Positions 43,669 through 53,800 of a DNA stretch of 64,000 nucleotides are shown in pieces (position 1 is the stretch's first letter; each line of letters begins with the position of its first letter). The notes below the pieces were generated by a model. That model saw only the letters and a list, made by a program, of their open reading frames with translations. It had not been told where the DNA came from and searched no databases. Source of the DNA: a virus (taxonomy: Duplodnaviria; Heunggongvirae; Uroviricota; Caudoviricetes); IMG/VR virus record IMGVR_UViG_3300014205_000184, positions 3,162 through 67,161 of that record; one strand, given 5' to 3'. The translations under genes and the position numbers were made by a program.

Positions 43669-43925
43669 TGAGTACCGAGTATCGAGTTCCAGATGAAATA
43701 AAGCGTGTCCCGAAGTTATGTATGGACTGTGTGTGGTCAGAAGTTGATTCTTTAGGAAATTGGAGTCAAAAATGTTTTAACCCCAAAGTTGTTATGAAAG
43801 ACCATTGGGCTTTAGCGCATAATCGTGGTGGTCAACCTTATGGCTCTGATTGTAGTGAAGAACGAAGCAAGTTACTTTTTGCTCCGTGTGGACAAAAAGG
43901 CAAACTTTGGGAGAAACGACCATAA
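43668..43925 (+). CDS. Hypothetical protein
   Basis: TAATG coupling. 85 aa. Confidence 0.5.
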   Translation: MSTEYRVPDEIKRVPKLCMDCVWSEVDSLGNWSQKCFNPKVVMKDHWALAHNRGGQPYGSDCSEERSKLLFAPCGQKGKLWEKRP

Positions 43926-43936
43926 GGAGTTATAAC

Positions 43937-44185
43937 ATGGGCATGTTCGATAGTATATATTTTAACTGTACTTGCGGTGAAGAGTTAGAAGCTCAAAGTA
44001 AGAGTGGAGATTGTTGCCTTAACTGTTATCCTAATACATCAGTACCAATAAGTGTTGCTATAGACGCTAATAGACATTCTCCGTATAAGTGCAAGTGTGG
44101 TAAAGAGTGGGAGTTTGATGAAAGTGTAATTCCTAAACAAAATATGCATATTAATCTACCAATTAAAGAGGTTGTATGCGAATAA
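43937..44185 (+). CDS. Hypothetical zinc-ribbon protein
   Basis: RBS AAGGAG. Carries CTCGEE...CLNC...CKCGKE. Confidence 0.5.
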   Translation: MGMFDSIYFNCTCGEELEAQSKSGDCCLNCYPNTSVPISVAIDANRHSPYKCKCGKEWEFDESVIPKQNMHINLPIKEVVCE

Positions 44186-44335
44186 AAATATGGGGGACTG
44201 AAGGGATATTATATAGAAGTCTTGCTGTTGTCGTGTACTTCTTAGCTCCATTGCTTATTTGGATATATTTAATTGCAGAATGGTTATATAAAAAATCTAA
44301 AATAAGATACTTATTAAAGAAATTCAAAGGAAAAC

Positions 44336-44476
44336 ATGTTAGGTAAAAGTTTAATGTATCTTTTATTAGCGCAGTATGTTATAATAACGATTGTGTTCAT
44401 ATGTGAAAGACAATGGAATAAAGTATTATATTGGGTAGGTGCGGGAATGATACAATGGTCAGTAATTAAAATGTAG
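44336..44476 (+). CDS. Hypothetical small membrane peptide
   Basis: 46 aa with a hydrophobic core. Confidence 0.3.
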   Translation: MLGKSLMYLLLAQYVIITIVFICERQWNKVLYWVGAGMIQWSVIKM

Positions 44477-44485
44477 AAAGGAGTT

Positions 44486-44914
44486 ATGCAAACATTTCTT
44501 CCATATAAAAATTTCAATAAAACAGCTCGTTGCTTAGATTATCGTAGACTAGGAAAACAGCGTGTTGAGGCATGGCAAATATATCAAGCTATTAACGGTC
44601 AATCCGGGTGGCGTAATCATCCAATAGTTAAAATGTGGAGCAAATATAAAAATGCGTTATTGATTTATGGTATGACAATGTGCATTGAGTGGAGTAACCG
44701 TGGTTATGAAGACAACATGTATAGTAGATTTCACCACGAACTAATGCGAAATCTTGAAATTTGTAAAGAACGAGTTGAATTTCCTAAATGGATGTATAAA
44801 AATAAGTTCATAAGAAGTCACAGAAGTAATCTTTTGAGAAAAAATAAAGAGTATTATAGTAAGTTTAAGTGGGTCGTACCCGATAACTTACCATATTACT
44901 GGGAAAGGAGTTAA
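44486..44914 (+). CDS. Conserved hypothetical protein
   Basis: RBS AAAGGAG. 142 aa. The N-terminus is MQTFLPYKNFNKTARCLDYRRLGKQRVEAWQI. Confidence 0.55.
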   Translation: MQTFLPYKNFNKTARCLDYRRLGKQRVEAWQIYQAINGQSGWRNHPIVKMWSKYKNALLIYGMTMCIEWSNRGYEDNMYSRFHHELMRNLEICKERVEFPKWMYKNKFIRSHRSNLLRKNKEYYSKFKWVVPDNLPYYWERS

Positions 44915-44916
44915 TC

Positions 44917-45789
44917 ATGGCCTATATGCACATAGATAACCTCTACAAGAATCAAACGATACTAATGTTTAAAAGGTGTTACGCAATGGAGAAGATACAC
45001 GGAACAAGCGCACACATATCATGGCGTAATGGTGAAACTGTTCAGCTTAGATTCTTTTCTGGTGGGTGTAATTACGAAAATTTTGTAAAGCTATTTAACC
45101 AAGAGTTCTTAACTGAAAAGTTTAAAGAAATAGGTGTAGAGGATATTATAGTTTTCGGTGAAGCTTATGGCGGTAAACTTCAAGGCATGTCACATACATA
45201 TGGTAAAGACTTGAAATTTGTTGCTTTTGATGTTAAAATCGGCGATTGTTGGTTAAACGTTCCAAAAGCAGAAGCGATAGCAAAGCAATTGGGGCTTGAG
45301 TTTGTTCACTATGTAGAATCAAGTACGGATATCGAAGAGTTAGATAAACTTAGAGATAGTACATCTATACAAGGCGTTCGTAATGGTGTTAATACCTCAG
45401 AGCCAGCTGAGGGCATTGTATTACGCCCTCTTGAAGAATTCAGAACGAATAACGGTGAGCGTGTCATAGCGAAGCATAAGAATGATTTGTTCAAAGAGCG
45501 TGAACATCAACCTAAAGTTACTGGTGAAAAGCTTGAAATATTAACTGAAACAAATAAAGTAGCTGATGAATGGGTTACAGAAATGCGGCTATCGCATATT
45601 CTCGGTAAAATGCAAAGCTATAGCATAAACGATACGCCAGAGATAATTAAAACTATGATTGAAGACGTGAGTAGAGAGGCTAAAGGAGAGATAATTGAGA
45701 ATAAAGATGTGAGAAAAGCTATTGGTAAGAAGACGGCTATTATGTTTAAGCAAAGATTACAAGATGCGTTACATGCAAACACGAACTAA
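44917..45789 (+). CDS. ATP-dependent RNA ligase, Rnl2-like (covalent nucleotidyltransferase superfamily)
   Basis: Motif I MEKIHGTSAH (KxHGT), motif III IIVFGEAYGG, motif IV FVAFDV, and motif V EGIVLRP...VIAKHKN. Confidence 0.65.
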   Translation: MAYMHIDNLYKNQTILMFKRCYAMEKIHGTSAHISWRNGETVQLRFFSGGCNYENFVKLFNQEFLTEKFKEIGVEDIIVFGEAYGGKLQGMSHTYGKDLKFVAFDVKIGDCWLNVPKAEAIAKQLGLEFVHYVESSTDIEELDKLRDSTSIQGVRNGVNTSEPAEGIVLRPLEEFRTNNGERVIAKHKNDLFKEREHQPKVTGEKLEILTETNKVADEWVTEMRLSHILGKMQSYSINDTPEIIKTMIEDVSREAKGEIIENKDVRKAIGKKTAIMFKQRLQDALHANTN

Positions 45790-45800
45790 AAAGGAGAGTT

Positions 45801-45983
45801 ATGAGCGAGAAAGTTAATGAGTTAAAAAGATACGAATTAGTTGGCGGTGGGTGGGTTAAGTTTACAGAAGCAGAAGTAAAGTCTATTTTTCCGTGTCAAT
45901 GTGGGAGATGTGGCAATACAATAGTTATACTTGAAAATGGTAAAGAGTTTCATTTGAAAGGTGAGGTGATTTTAAATGGATGA
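45801..45983 (+). CDS. Hypothetical protein (CQCGRCG)
   Basis: RBS AAAGGAGAG. 60 aa. Confidence 0.45.
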   Translation: MSEKVNELKRYELVGGGWVKFTEAEVKSIFPCQCGRCGNTIVILENGKEFHLKGEVILNG

Positions 45984-46365
45984 AAAACTGCAACAAAAAC
46001 TATATGATGATTTCCCTAAGATATTTAGACAACATACATTGCCTATGTCGGAGACTTGTATGTGTTGGGGTGTGGATTGTAGCGACGGTTGGGAATGGTT
46101 GATACGTAATCTCTGTTCCCAGTTACAATGGGATATAGATAACAATGGGTATCCACAATTAGAAGCATCACAGATAAAGGAGAAGTTTGGTACACTTCGC
46201 TTTTACGCTGACCATTCAAATGAGAAACAACAGGCGATGATAAGTTTTGCTGAATCATTAAGTGCTGGTATATGTGAAACATGTGGGACTACAAAAAATG
46301 TTAAAACAAATGGTAAAGGATGGGTAAGAACACTATGCGAAAACTGCCGAAAAGAAGAAAAATAA
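45976..46365 (+). CDS. Hypothetical zinc-ribbon protein
   Basis: Carries CETCG...CENC. 129 aa. Confidence 0.5.
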   Translation: MDEKLQQKLYDDFPKIFRQHTLPMSETCMCWGVDCSDGWEWLIRNLCSQLQWDIDNNGYPQLEASQIKEKFGTLRFYADHSNEKQQAMISFAESLSAGICETCGTTKNVKTNGKGWVRTLCENCRKEEK

Positions 46366-46367
46366 GC

Positions 46368-46505
46368 ATGAAGAAGTACAACGAGATAATGGCTGAAATA
46401 ATAGCTAAAGGTGGACCCGTTAATGAAACTCTTATAGAGTTGCTTGAGGAAGCGGGGAAATACGACATATCGGGGAATATATGCAAGAAAAAACAACACA
46501 AATAA
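46368..46505 (+). CDS. Hypothetical small protein
   Basis: 45 aa. Confidence 0.35.
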   Translation: MKKYNEIMAEIIAKGGPVNETLIELLEEAGKYDISGNICKKKQHK

Positions 46506-46912
46506 AATTGTGGGGGTTAGTCTTAATATCACTGTTGTTCATAATAAATGTTAGTTTATGGGGGGAGGGCCGAAACTCAATAAATAAGTATGATGATATA
46601 ATAGCCGATATAAGAAATTCACTTGGAATAAATAAACAATCGCATGTTAATGTGAATGTTGTATATCTAGAAAACACGCTTGAGATTTCTAAAAGAATAG
46701 GGAAACAAAGTTTGGCGTATTACTCGCCTATAGAGAAGACTATTTATATGTCAAAACATAATAAGTCAACTGGAGTTTTGATACATGAGCTTACACATGC
46801 GGTTATATATGATACTTTTACCGAAAAAATACCATCTGAAATGCAAGAAATTATTTGCTGTAAAATGGAGGATAGATTAAAAAGTAAGTATTATTTTAGA
46901 AAGGAACAATAA
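46481..46912 (+). CDS. Small HExxH zinc-metallopeptidase-like protein with an N-terminal TM or signal sequence
   Basis: Hydrophobic WGLVLISLLFIINVSLW, then LIHELTHAVIYD (HExxH). Confidence 0.5.
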   Translation: MQEKTTQIKLWGLVLISLLFIINVSLWGEGRNSINKYDDIIADIRNSLGINKQSHVNVNVVYLENTLEISKRIGKQSLAYYSPIEKTIYMSKHNKSTGVLIHELTHAVIYDTFTEKIPSEMQEIICCKMEDRLKSKYYFRKEQ

Positions 46913-47118
46913 TGACGCAAAAATATGGGTATCAAAATCTATTAAATCCTTCATATGACTTAAGCAAGTTTAGAGGGATAAAAAGATTATCAGATGGTTC
47001 TGATAAAATTAAGAAAAAATCTAAGACATGTAAATGTGGAACAAAACTCAATCAGTATAACAAAGGTAAAAAATGTCATAAATGCATTAAAAATGATTTA
47101 ATGAGCGTTTATCCTTGA
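46912..47118 (+). CDS. Hypothetical protein (CKCG...CHKC)
   Basis: TAATG coupling. 68 aa. Confidence 0.45.
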   Translation: MTQKYGYQNLLNPSYDLSKFRGIKRLSDGSDKIKKKSKTCKCGTKLNQYNKGKKCHKCIKNDLMSVYP

Positions 47119-47143
47119 CAAATAGGTCGCAATATGATATAAT
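47115..47143 (+). promoter_or_regulatory. Consensus sigma-A promoter (TTGACA-N17-TATAAT with extended TG)
   Basis: TTGACA at 47115-47120, TG at 47135-47136, and TATAAT at 47138-47143. Confidence 0.55.
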
Positions 47144-47180
47144 GTATTTACAATAATCGCAGAAAGGATAAATATTATTT

Positions 47181-47441
47181 ATGAGTAAGAAATATGTATT
47201 TGAAACAGCAGTAACCCCTCTAGCGGCATTCATTAAAGCAAAATACCAAGCAGAAATAGAATTTAGCTCTAAAGTAAAAATTGAAGAGAACGGACAAAAG
47301 AGGGTAATCTTCATTTTTGAGAGCGATACTCTTGATTTTACTAATATAGAGAGCGTATTCTTGTCTTCATTTGCGAATACGTTCCACAATGAGCTTATGA
47401 CATTAAAGAATATAGTAAGAACTTTAACATATAATAAATAA
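47181..47441 (+). CDS. Hypothetical protein
   Basis: RBS AGAAAGGAT. 86 aa. Confidence 0.5.
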   Translation: MSKKYVFETAVTPLAAFIKAKYQAEIEFSSKVKIEENGQKRVIFIFESDTLDFTNIESVFLSSFANTFHNELMTLKNIVRTLTYNK

Positions 47442-47448
47442 GGAATAT

Positions 47449-49149
47449 ATGATATCTCTAGAATTAGATGAACGAGATAATAACTACCTTCTACTAAGAT
47501 GTAAATTTCAAGATAAAGAAAAAGCAAAATCAGTTAACGATGCAACGTGGGATAAGGAACGTAAAGCATGGCGGTTCCCAGCCACATTTGCTAAGGTGAA
47601 AGCATTAAAACAAGTATTTCCGGAGATACTTGTAAGTAAACAAGCCAATGATGTTGTTGAGAAAAATAGACTAACTAATGAAACAGCCATTAAAATAAAA
47701 CAGTTATCGGACTGTGACATTGTACTTCCAAAACTTAAAACAAAGCTGTTCAATTATCAAAAAGTCGGTGTAATGTTCATGCTTTGCAGAAATGAGGCGG
47801 GGAATTTTAGTGAACTTGGGACTGGAAAAACACTTCAGACATTAGCTACCATAATCTCTCGAAAAGAGAATGTTGAGATTAAAAAATGTTTAGTTGTAAC
47901 TCCGGCTTCTCTTAAGTATAACTGGCGCAATGAGATAGAAAAACATACTTATGAAAAAAGTGTTATAGTAGATGGCTCAAAAAAGAAACGTATGGAGCAA
48001 TATCAAGAGTTCAAAGATGCTAATGATATATTATTTCTTGTTATAAACTATGAACTACTTAGAGCTGATATTGATTTAGTTAGTAAGTATCTTATCTTAG
48101 ATGCGATTGTACTTGACGAATCAATAAAAATAAAGAATTCGGAAGCCTTGCAGACAAAGGCTGTTAAGAAGCTCTCAAAATTAAAATATAAATATATCCT
48201 TTCAGGGTATCCAATAGCTAATAACTTAGAAGACATACATAGCCAGATAGATTTTTTAAAGCCGGGGCACATGGGAAGTTGGTGGTCGTTTGAAGACAAT
48301 TACATAATACGTGGGTATTTTAAAAATATAGAAGGCTACAGAAATATAGAGCATTTAAAGAAGAGGTTAGACCCTCTCTATATAAGATTTCTCAAGAAAG
48401 ACGTGCTCGATTTACCTGAAAAGATTTACGAGAAACGAGAAGTGACACTTGAAAAAGACCAAATGATGGCATATAATCAGATGCGTGATGAAATGATTGT
48501 ATATGTAGAAAAATTAAATGAAAAAGAAATCATATCACAGACCAGAGATATTCTTGTTAAGTTAATACGCTTGTCTCAAATAACATCAGGGTTTATTTCG
48601 GATGAAAAATTTGAGAGTATGCACAACTTTGAGAGCAATGCTAAACTCCCAGTATTAGAAGATATAGTAGATGAGGTTGTTAAAAATGATAAACCTATAG
48701 TAATATGGTGTAGGTTTCTTAACACGGTTAAACTTATAGCGGACAAGCTTTCAAAGAAGTATAATGTTGCGGTTATTACTGGCAGTACTCCAACTAAAGA
48801 AAGACAAGAGATAGTAGATAATTTTCAAGATGGTAAGATACAAGTGTTTATCGGGCAGATACTTGCGTGTGGTATGGGGTTAAACCTGTTCAAAGCTGAC
48901 TGTGAAGTTTTCTTTGAAAAAGCGTTTCTGTCGCCATCAAGTGTTATTCAAGCGGAGGAACGTATTCACCGGATAGGCCAGAAAAATAATGTCACTATCA
49001 TATCTTTATTAGCAAAGAACACACTTGATGAAAGATGGGAAAAAATGTTACTCAAGAAACGAGAAATATCAGAGCAAATTTTAGACGATAAAAAAGTCGT
49101 ACTCGATAAACAAATAATTATGGATTTTTTGAAAGGCGAAGATGATTAA
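47449..49149 (+). CDS. SNF2/Rad54-family superfamily-2 helicase
   Basis: Carries LFNYQKVGVMFM, motif I ELGTGKT, motif II VLDESIKIKN (DExx), and the HELICc motif GGMGLNL...QAEERIHRIGQ. Confidence 0.7.
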   Translation: MISLELDERDNNYLLLRCKFQDKEKAKSVNDATWDKERKAWRFPATFAKVKALKQVFPEILVSKQANDVVEKNRLTNETAIKIKQLSDCDIVLPKLKTKLFNYQKVGVMFMLCRNEAGNFSELGTGKTLQTLATIISRKENVEIKKCLVVTPASLKYNWRNEIEKHTYEKSVIVDGSKKKRMEQYQEFKDANDILFLVINYELLRADIDLVSKYLILDAIVLDESIKIKNSEALQTKAVKKLSKLKYKYILSGYPIANNLEDIHSQIDFLKPGHMGSWWSFEDNYIIRGYFKNIEGYRNIEHLKKRLDPLYIRFLKKDVLDLPEKIYEKREVTLEKDQMMAYNQMRDEMIVYVEKLNEKEIISQTRDILVKLIRLSQITSGFISDEKFESMHNFESNAKLPVLEDIVDEVVKNDKPIVIWCRFLNTVKLIADKLSKKYNVAVITGSTPTKERQEIVDNFQDGKIQVFIGQILACGMGLNLFKADCEVFFEKAFLSPSSVIQAEERIHRIGQKNNVTIISLLAKNTLDERWEKMLLKKREISEQILDDKKVVLDKQIIMDFLKGEDD

Positions 49150-49564
49150 TAAAAAAATCACAAAAGTAAAAGTTGATGTAACGCTTGAAGATTTAAATGC
49201 CGAACTTTTAGAGTTTCTATTTAATTTTTATGAAAAAGATTATAAGAAACCAAGTGAACTTATTGAGTTTATATTTAAAGCGGGTATATCATACGTACAT
49301 GGGCAATGTGTAGGTAAGTCTATAGCTGAAAAAATGGCTGATATTTTCGGGGTAATACCCGTAGTTGTAGGAAGTAAGACTGATAATGAAGTAGTTATAG
49401 ATAAAATATTTTTCAATGGTCAACTTACTGATTTTATGACTAGTAAAGAAGGCTTTAAATTACTGATAAGAGTAGCAAGCGTTCCTAATAAGCAACAAGT
49501 TAAACCGCATACATTATGTGTAATGTTGAAAAATAAACCTATCAAATGGAGAAAAGGAGAGTAG
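49142..49564 (+). CDS. Hypothetical protein
   Basis: ATGA coupling. 140 aa. Confidence 0.55.
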   Translation: MINKKITKVKVDVTLEDLNAELLEFLFNFYEKDYKKPSELIEFIFKAGISYVHGQCVGKSIAEKMADIFGVIPVVVGSKTDNEVVIDKIFFNGQLTDFMTSKEGFKLLIRVASVPNKQQVKPHTLCVMLKNKPIKWRKGE

Positions 49565-49565
49565 A

Positions 49566-50027
49566 ATGGACGAGACAATACTAAAGCTAACAGAAGAGCT
49601 TATGTCTATTAAAGACGAACTATCAAAAGTATCTCTTTTAAAGACTGAGCTAGAGGAGAAAAAGAAGAAGGCAGAGTATGCTTTATTTAATGAAATGGAG
49701 ACATGTGATATACACTCATTTAAGCATGATGTTTATGGAACAGTTTATAAATCTCATAGAATATTCTGTAAGATAATCGATATTGATAAAGCTTGTAATT
49801 TCTTTAAAGAAAAAGGTGTGTATGATGATATCATGAAGTTAAAACCTACTTTAGCAAGATTGAATAAGTTAATGCAGACAGAGTATATAGATAAAATAGA
49901 ACCTGTTCCTGAACTTGAAATAGGAGTTCAAGCCACTCTTGTTCCAATGATAGGGAATAGAGGTAACAAAAAATTAGGGGGAGGTGATGCTGACAACAGT
50001 ATGAGTAGCGAAGAAGTAGCTTATTAA
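49566..50027 (+). CDS. Hypothetical protein
   Basis: TAGAATG coupling. 153 aa. Confidence 0.55.
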   Translation: MDETILKLTEELMSIKDELSKVSLLKTELEEKKKKAEYALFNEMETCDIHSFKHDVYGTVYKSHRIFCKIIDIDKACNFFKEKGVYDDIMKLKPTLARLNKLMQTEYIDKIEPVPELEIGVQATLVPMIGNRGNKKLGGGDADNSMSSEEVAY

Positions 50028-50064
50028 CTCGATAAAGGTGAAAACAGTGAAAACGGAGGAAAAG

Positions 50065-50820
50065 ATGAGTGCAAAAAAAGAAGAAGGTATGTTTAGTGAT
50101 GAAAAAGGAATTGTTAAAAAAGAAGAGACAGCAGTAGCAACAGTAGAAACTAGGGCTACTGGAACAGAGAGCGTTCATGCAGAAGATGTTCAAATCCCAA
50201 GGTATAGACTTATACAAGCAACATCGAAAGAAGCTGAAGATGGTACAACAAGACCTGGGACGATAAAACATTCAACGAGTGGGGAAGAGTTTCAAGCAGT
50301 GCAAGTCATACTAATATCTATGGTTAAAAATAGAGTTATGTTTGACCCAGAGAATCGTAGAGGCGGTCCGATATGCAGAAGTTTTGATTTAGTTAAAGGT
50401 TCAGGATGCGAGTGCGGTTGCGATGATAATTGTCGTAAGTGTGAATACGCAAAGGGTTTCCCATCACAGTGTAACATAATGTATAACTATCCTTCATTTA
50501 CAACAGATGCTATTGGGAAAGATTTAATGCCTACGATATTGACATTTATGAAGAGTTCAGTTCCTTGTGCGCAAAAGATAAATGCTAGTGTTATAGGTAA
50601 AGTTCCAGCTAAACCGTTCTGGTGTTATGTGTGGGAGATAAGTTCTGTGAAGAAAGAGTATAAAAAGGGACGAAGTGCTTTCACATACAATGCTAAACAG
50701 GTTAGAGAGACAACAGAAGAAGAAGCTAAGTGGGCTAAGACAATCTATGATACGTTCTTCAAAGATGAAGCGTTAGCGAGACAGCGTGTAGCGGAAGAGA
50801 TACAGGAAGAAGAAGTCTAA
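50065..50820 (+). CDS. Hypothetical protein (Cys cluster CECGCDDNCRKCE)
   Basis: RBS ACGGAGGA precedes the ATG at 50065. A GTG at 50038 is an alternative start. Confidence 0.5.
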   Translation: MSAKKEEGMFSDEKGIVKKEETAVATVETRATGTESVHAEDVQIPRYRLIQATSKEAEDGTTRPGTIKHSTSGEEFQAVQVILISMVKNRVMFDPENRRGGPICRSFDLVKGSGCECGCDDNCRKCEYAKGFPSQCNIMYNYPSFTTDAIGKDLMPTILTFMKSSVPCAQKINASVIGKVPAKPFWCYVWEISSVKKEYKKGRSAFTYNAKQVRETTEEEAKWAKTIYDTFFKDEALARQRVAEEIQEEEV

Positions 50821-50829
50821 ACTAAACAT

Positions 50830-50875
50830 AACGGTAGGCGAATGTGCGAGCGTTCGTCTACCGTTATTATATTAT
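50830..50875 (+). terminator. Terminator-like hairpin downstream of the 50065 gene
   Basis: AACGGTAGGCGAA-N9-TTCGTCTACCGTT is followed by an A/T-rich tract without a clean U-run. Confidence 0.35.
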
Positions 50876-50889
50876 AAAAATAGGAACGC

Positions 50890-53800
50890 ATGGAAAATTC
50901 ATTAGAAAATACAAAAAATGAAATTATATCTAAGATAAACCTTGAGGAATTTTTCAGAAAGAGTGTAACAAAAGTAACGAATGTATCTTCCGGTAATAAA
51001 ATGTTGTGCTGTTGCCCATTCCACGATGATAGTACTGCGTCAATGAGTGTAGACTTAAAAAGTGGGTTGTGGAACTGTTTTGGATGTAGCGAAAAAGGAA
51101 GTGCGTTTGACTTTTATTCAAAGATAAATAAATGTGATTTTAATACAGCTCTAGAAGCAATGGCTAAAGAAACAAACACTTCGCTCAATAGAAAACCACC
51201 AAAAAAAGAAGAGACGCTTGATAAGAAAATAGCTGAAGACTTCCATAATTTTTTACTAAGTTCACAAACTCATTTAGATGCTTTTGTAGCTAAGAGAGGT
51301 ATCAACCTTGATACTATAAAAAAGTTTATGATTGGTTACGATATCAAAATGAATAGATATACTATACCAATTTTTAATGAAAAAGATGAGTTAATGAATA
51401 TTAGGAAGTATGATATGAATTCTCAGAATAGAGGATTCAAGATGTTAAACTACTCAAGACCACTTTTAGACGAAAATGGTGTTGTGCAAAAAGATAAAAA
51501 TGGTAAAGTCATACAAGAGTGCAAATGGGGAACTGTAAGGCTGTTTAATATTAAGAAACTTCTTGATAGAAAAGATATTATAATTTCTGAAGGCGAAACT
51601 GATTGCATGATAGCTGAACAGAATGGGTTTGATGTTGTCACCGTGACATGTGGCGCAGGGACGTTCAAGCAAGATTGGGCTAAACTCTTCAAAGATAAAA
51701 ATGTATACATCTGTTATGACTTAGACATGGCTGGTAAGAAAGGAGCGATGCGTGTTGCTTCTTTTTTAAGAAATCATTCCGCATCTGTTAAAATTGTGAC
51801 ATTACCTAGTGAGCTAGGTCAGGGCGGAGATATAACTGATTTTTTCGTTAAGTTCAAACATACTGCTCAAGAGTTTTTTGAATATGTCAAAAACGCAAAA
51901 GATTATGAAAAGATAGTTGAAGAAGAGGAAGAGATTTTTGATATACGTTTACCTGAAACAACACACGCTAAGTATAAAGGCAAGAAGATAAGAACTGAAG
52001 TGTTAGTTAACGGTAAAAGCGAACCTGCTTATATGATACCTTCACGCATTGTATTTTATTGTCATGGTTCAAAGAAGAAGTGCGATAAGTGCGTTATGTT
52101 AGACCATAACTGTGAATATGAATATCTTGTTGACCCTAAAAAACCAGAAGTGCTAGACTTAATAAACATTTCAAAGGAACGACAAGAATTTGCGATGCGT
52201 AGAATTATTGGTGTAACATGTGAAGAGTGTAAGATAGAACTTCCAGAAGATGAGTTTATAAATGTTGAAGAAATACGAGTTGTTCCAAAAGTAGATATGA
52301 ACGTTACTAGTACCGATTATGTTGAAAAAACAGTATATTATATCGGTGAGGGTATAAAAACAAATCAACACCACATCATAGAAGGGTACGTTTTCCCAGA
52401 ACCTAGAAAACAATTATCTACGATTATAGTAGAAAAAGCAACACCGTCAATGGATAGTATTGAATCATTTGAGATTACCGATGATATAAAACAAAGATTA
52501 AAAATATTTCAAGTACAACCGGGGCAGAAAATATCAGATAAGATAAAAGAAGAATATACTGACTATGAGCGTAACGTACATCATATTTGGGGAAGACATG
52601 ATATGATGTTAGCTTTTGATTTAGTTATGCACTCACCTTTATATATGAAATATGATAATGAGATTATAAAAGGTTGGGTAAACGCATTTATAATAGGTGA
52701 TACAGCTACTGGGAAAACAGAACTGATATCTAAAATGCGTGAGCATTACGGTGTTGGAGAGCGTATCGGCGGTCAAGGTTTAACAATACCCGGGTTACTT
52801 GGAACTGTCATACAAATGGACAGCGGGCGTTGGGCATTACGCTGGGGCTTGCTCCCCATGAACGATAAAAGGGCTCTCATTATCGAAGAAGTTACAGATA
52901 TGCCACAAGATATAATGGAAAAATTAACAGATGTTATGTCAAGCGGTATAGTATCTGTAAACAAAGCTAATGGTAATGAAAAGACAAATGCTAGAACTAG
53001 ACTGTTATTCGTTAGTAATACGAAGCGAGGCGCGAAGCTCGAATCATACGGAGACGGTCCTTCTGCGATACGAGAAATTATAACTAAAGATGAAGATATA
53101 AGAAGAATGGATTTTATACTTACGATAGCGAAGCATGAAGTTGGTGCAGAGCTTATAAATAGGTCAATAGATAATGTTCCACAAGTTCCTCATGTTTACA
53201 CATCACCGGCATGTAGGGATAGAATTATGTGGAGATGGTCAAGACGCCCAGAACAAGAGGTGTTTAATAAAGATGCAGAGTTAGAAATCTTTAAAGTATC
53301 AGAAAGAATGTTAAGTAAATATCACGATAAATTCCCACTTATAGAGACTGGTGATACTAAAAATAAGATACGCAGACTTTCACTTTCATTAGCTGGGTTC
53401 TTAGTATCAACGGATGAAAACTTTGAGAATGTAATAGTTACAAAAGAGCATGTATTGTTTATAGAGTGGTGGTTAAATAGTATATATTGCAAAGCCTCGA
53501 TGGGGTATGACTTATACTCAGAAGACGCTAAAAGAAAGTATAATTTAACAGAAAAAAGAAGACAGTCCCTTATTGAAGGGTTTAAGATGCTTCCAGAGTG
53601 GGAGACTTTACTGAAAGTACTTTGGGAGTCACAAACATTCAGAAAACTTGATGTTTATGACAGAGTAGGATATAAAGATAAAGATTCAGTGAGAATAGTA
53701 TTTAAATGGATGTCGCAAAATTGGTTGATACGTGCTTTAGGAAGTTATGGGTATAGAAAAGAAAATAACTTTACAACCATATTAAGAGATTTAGTTCAAG

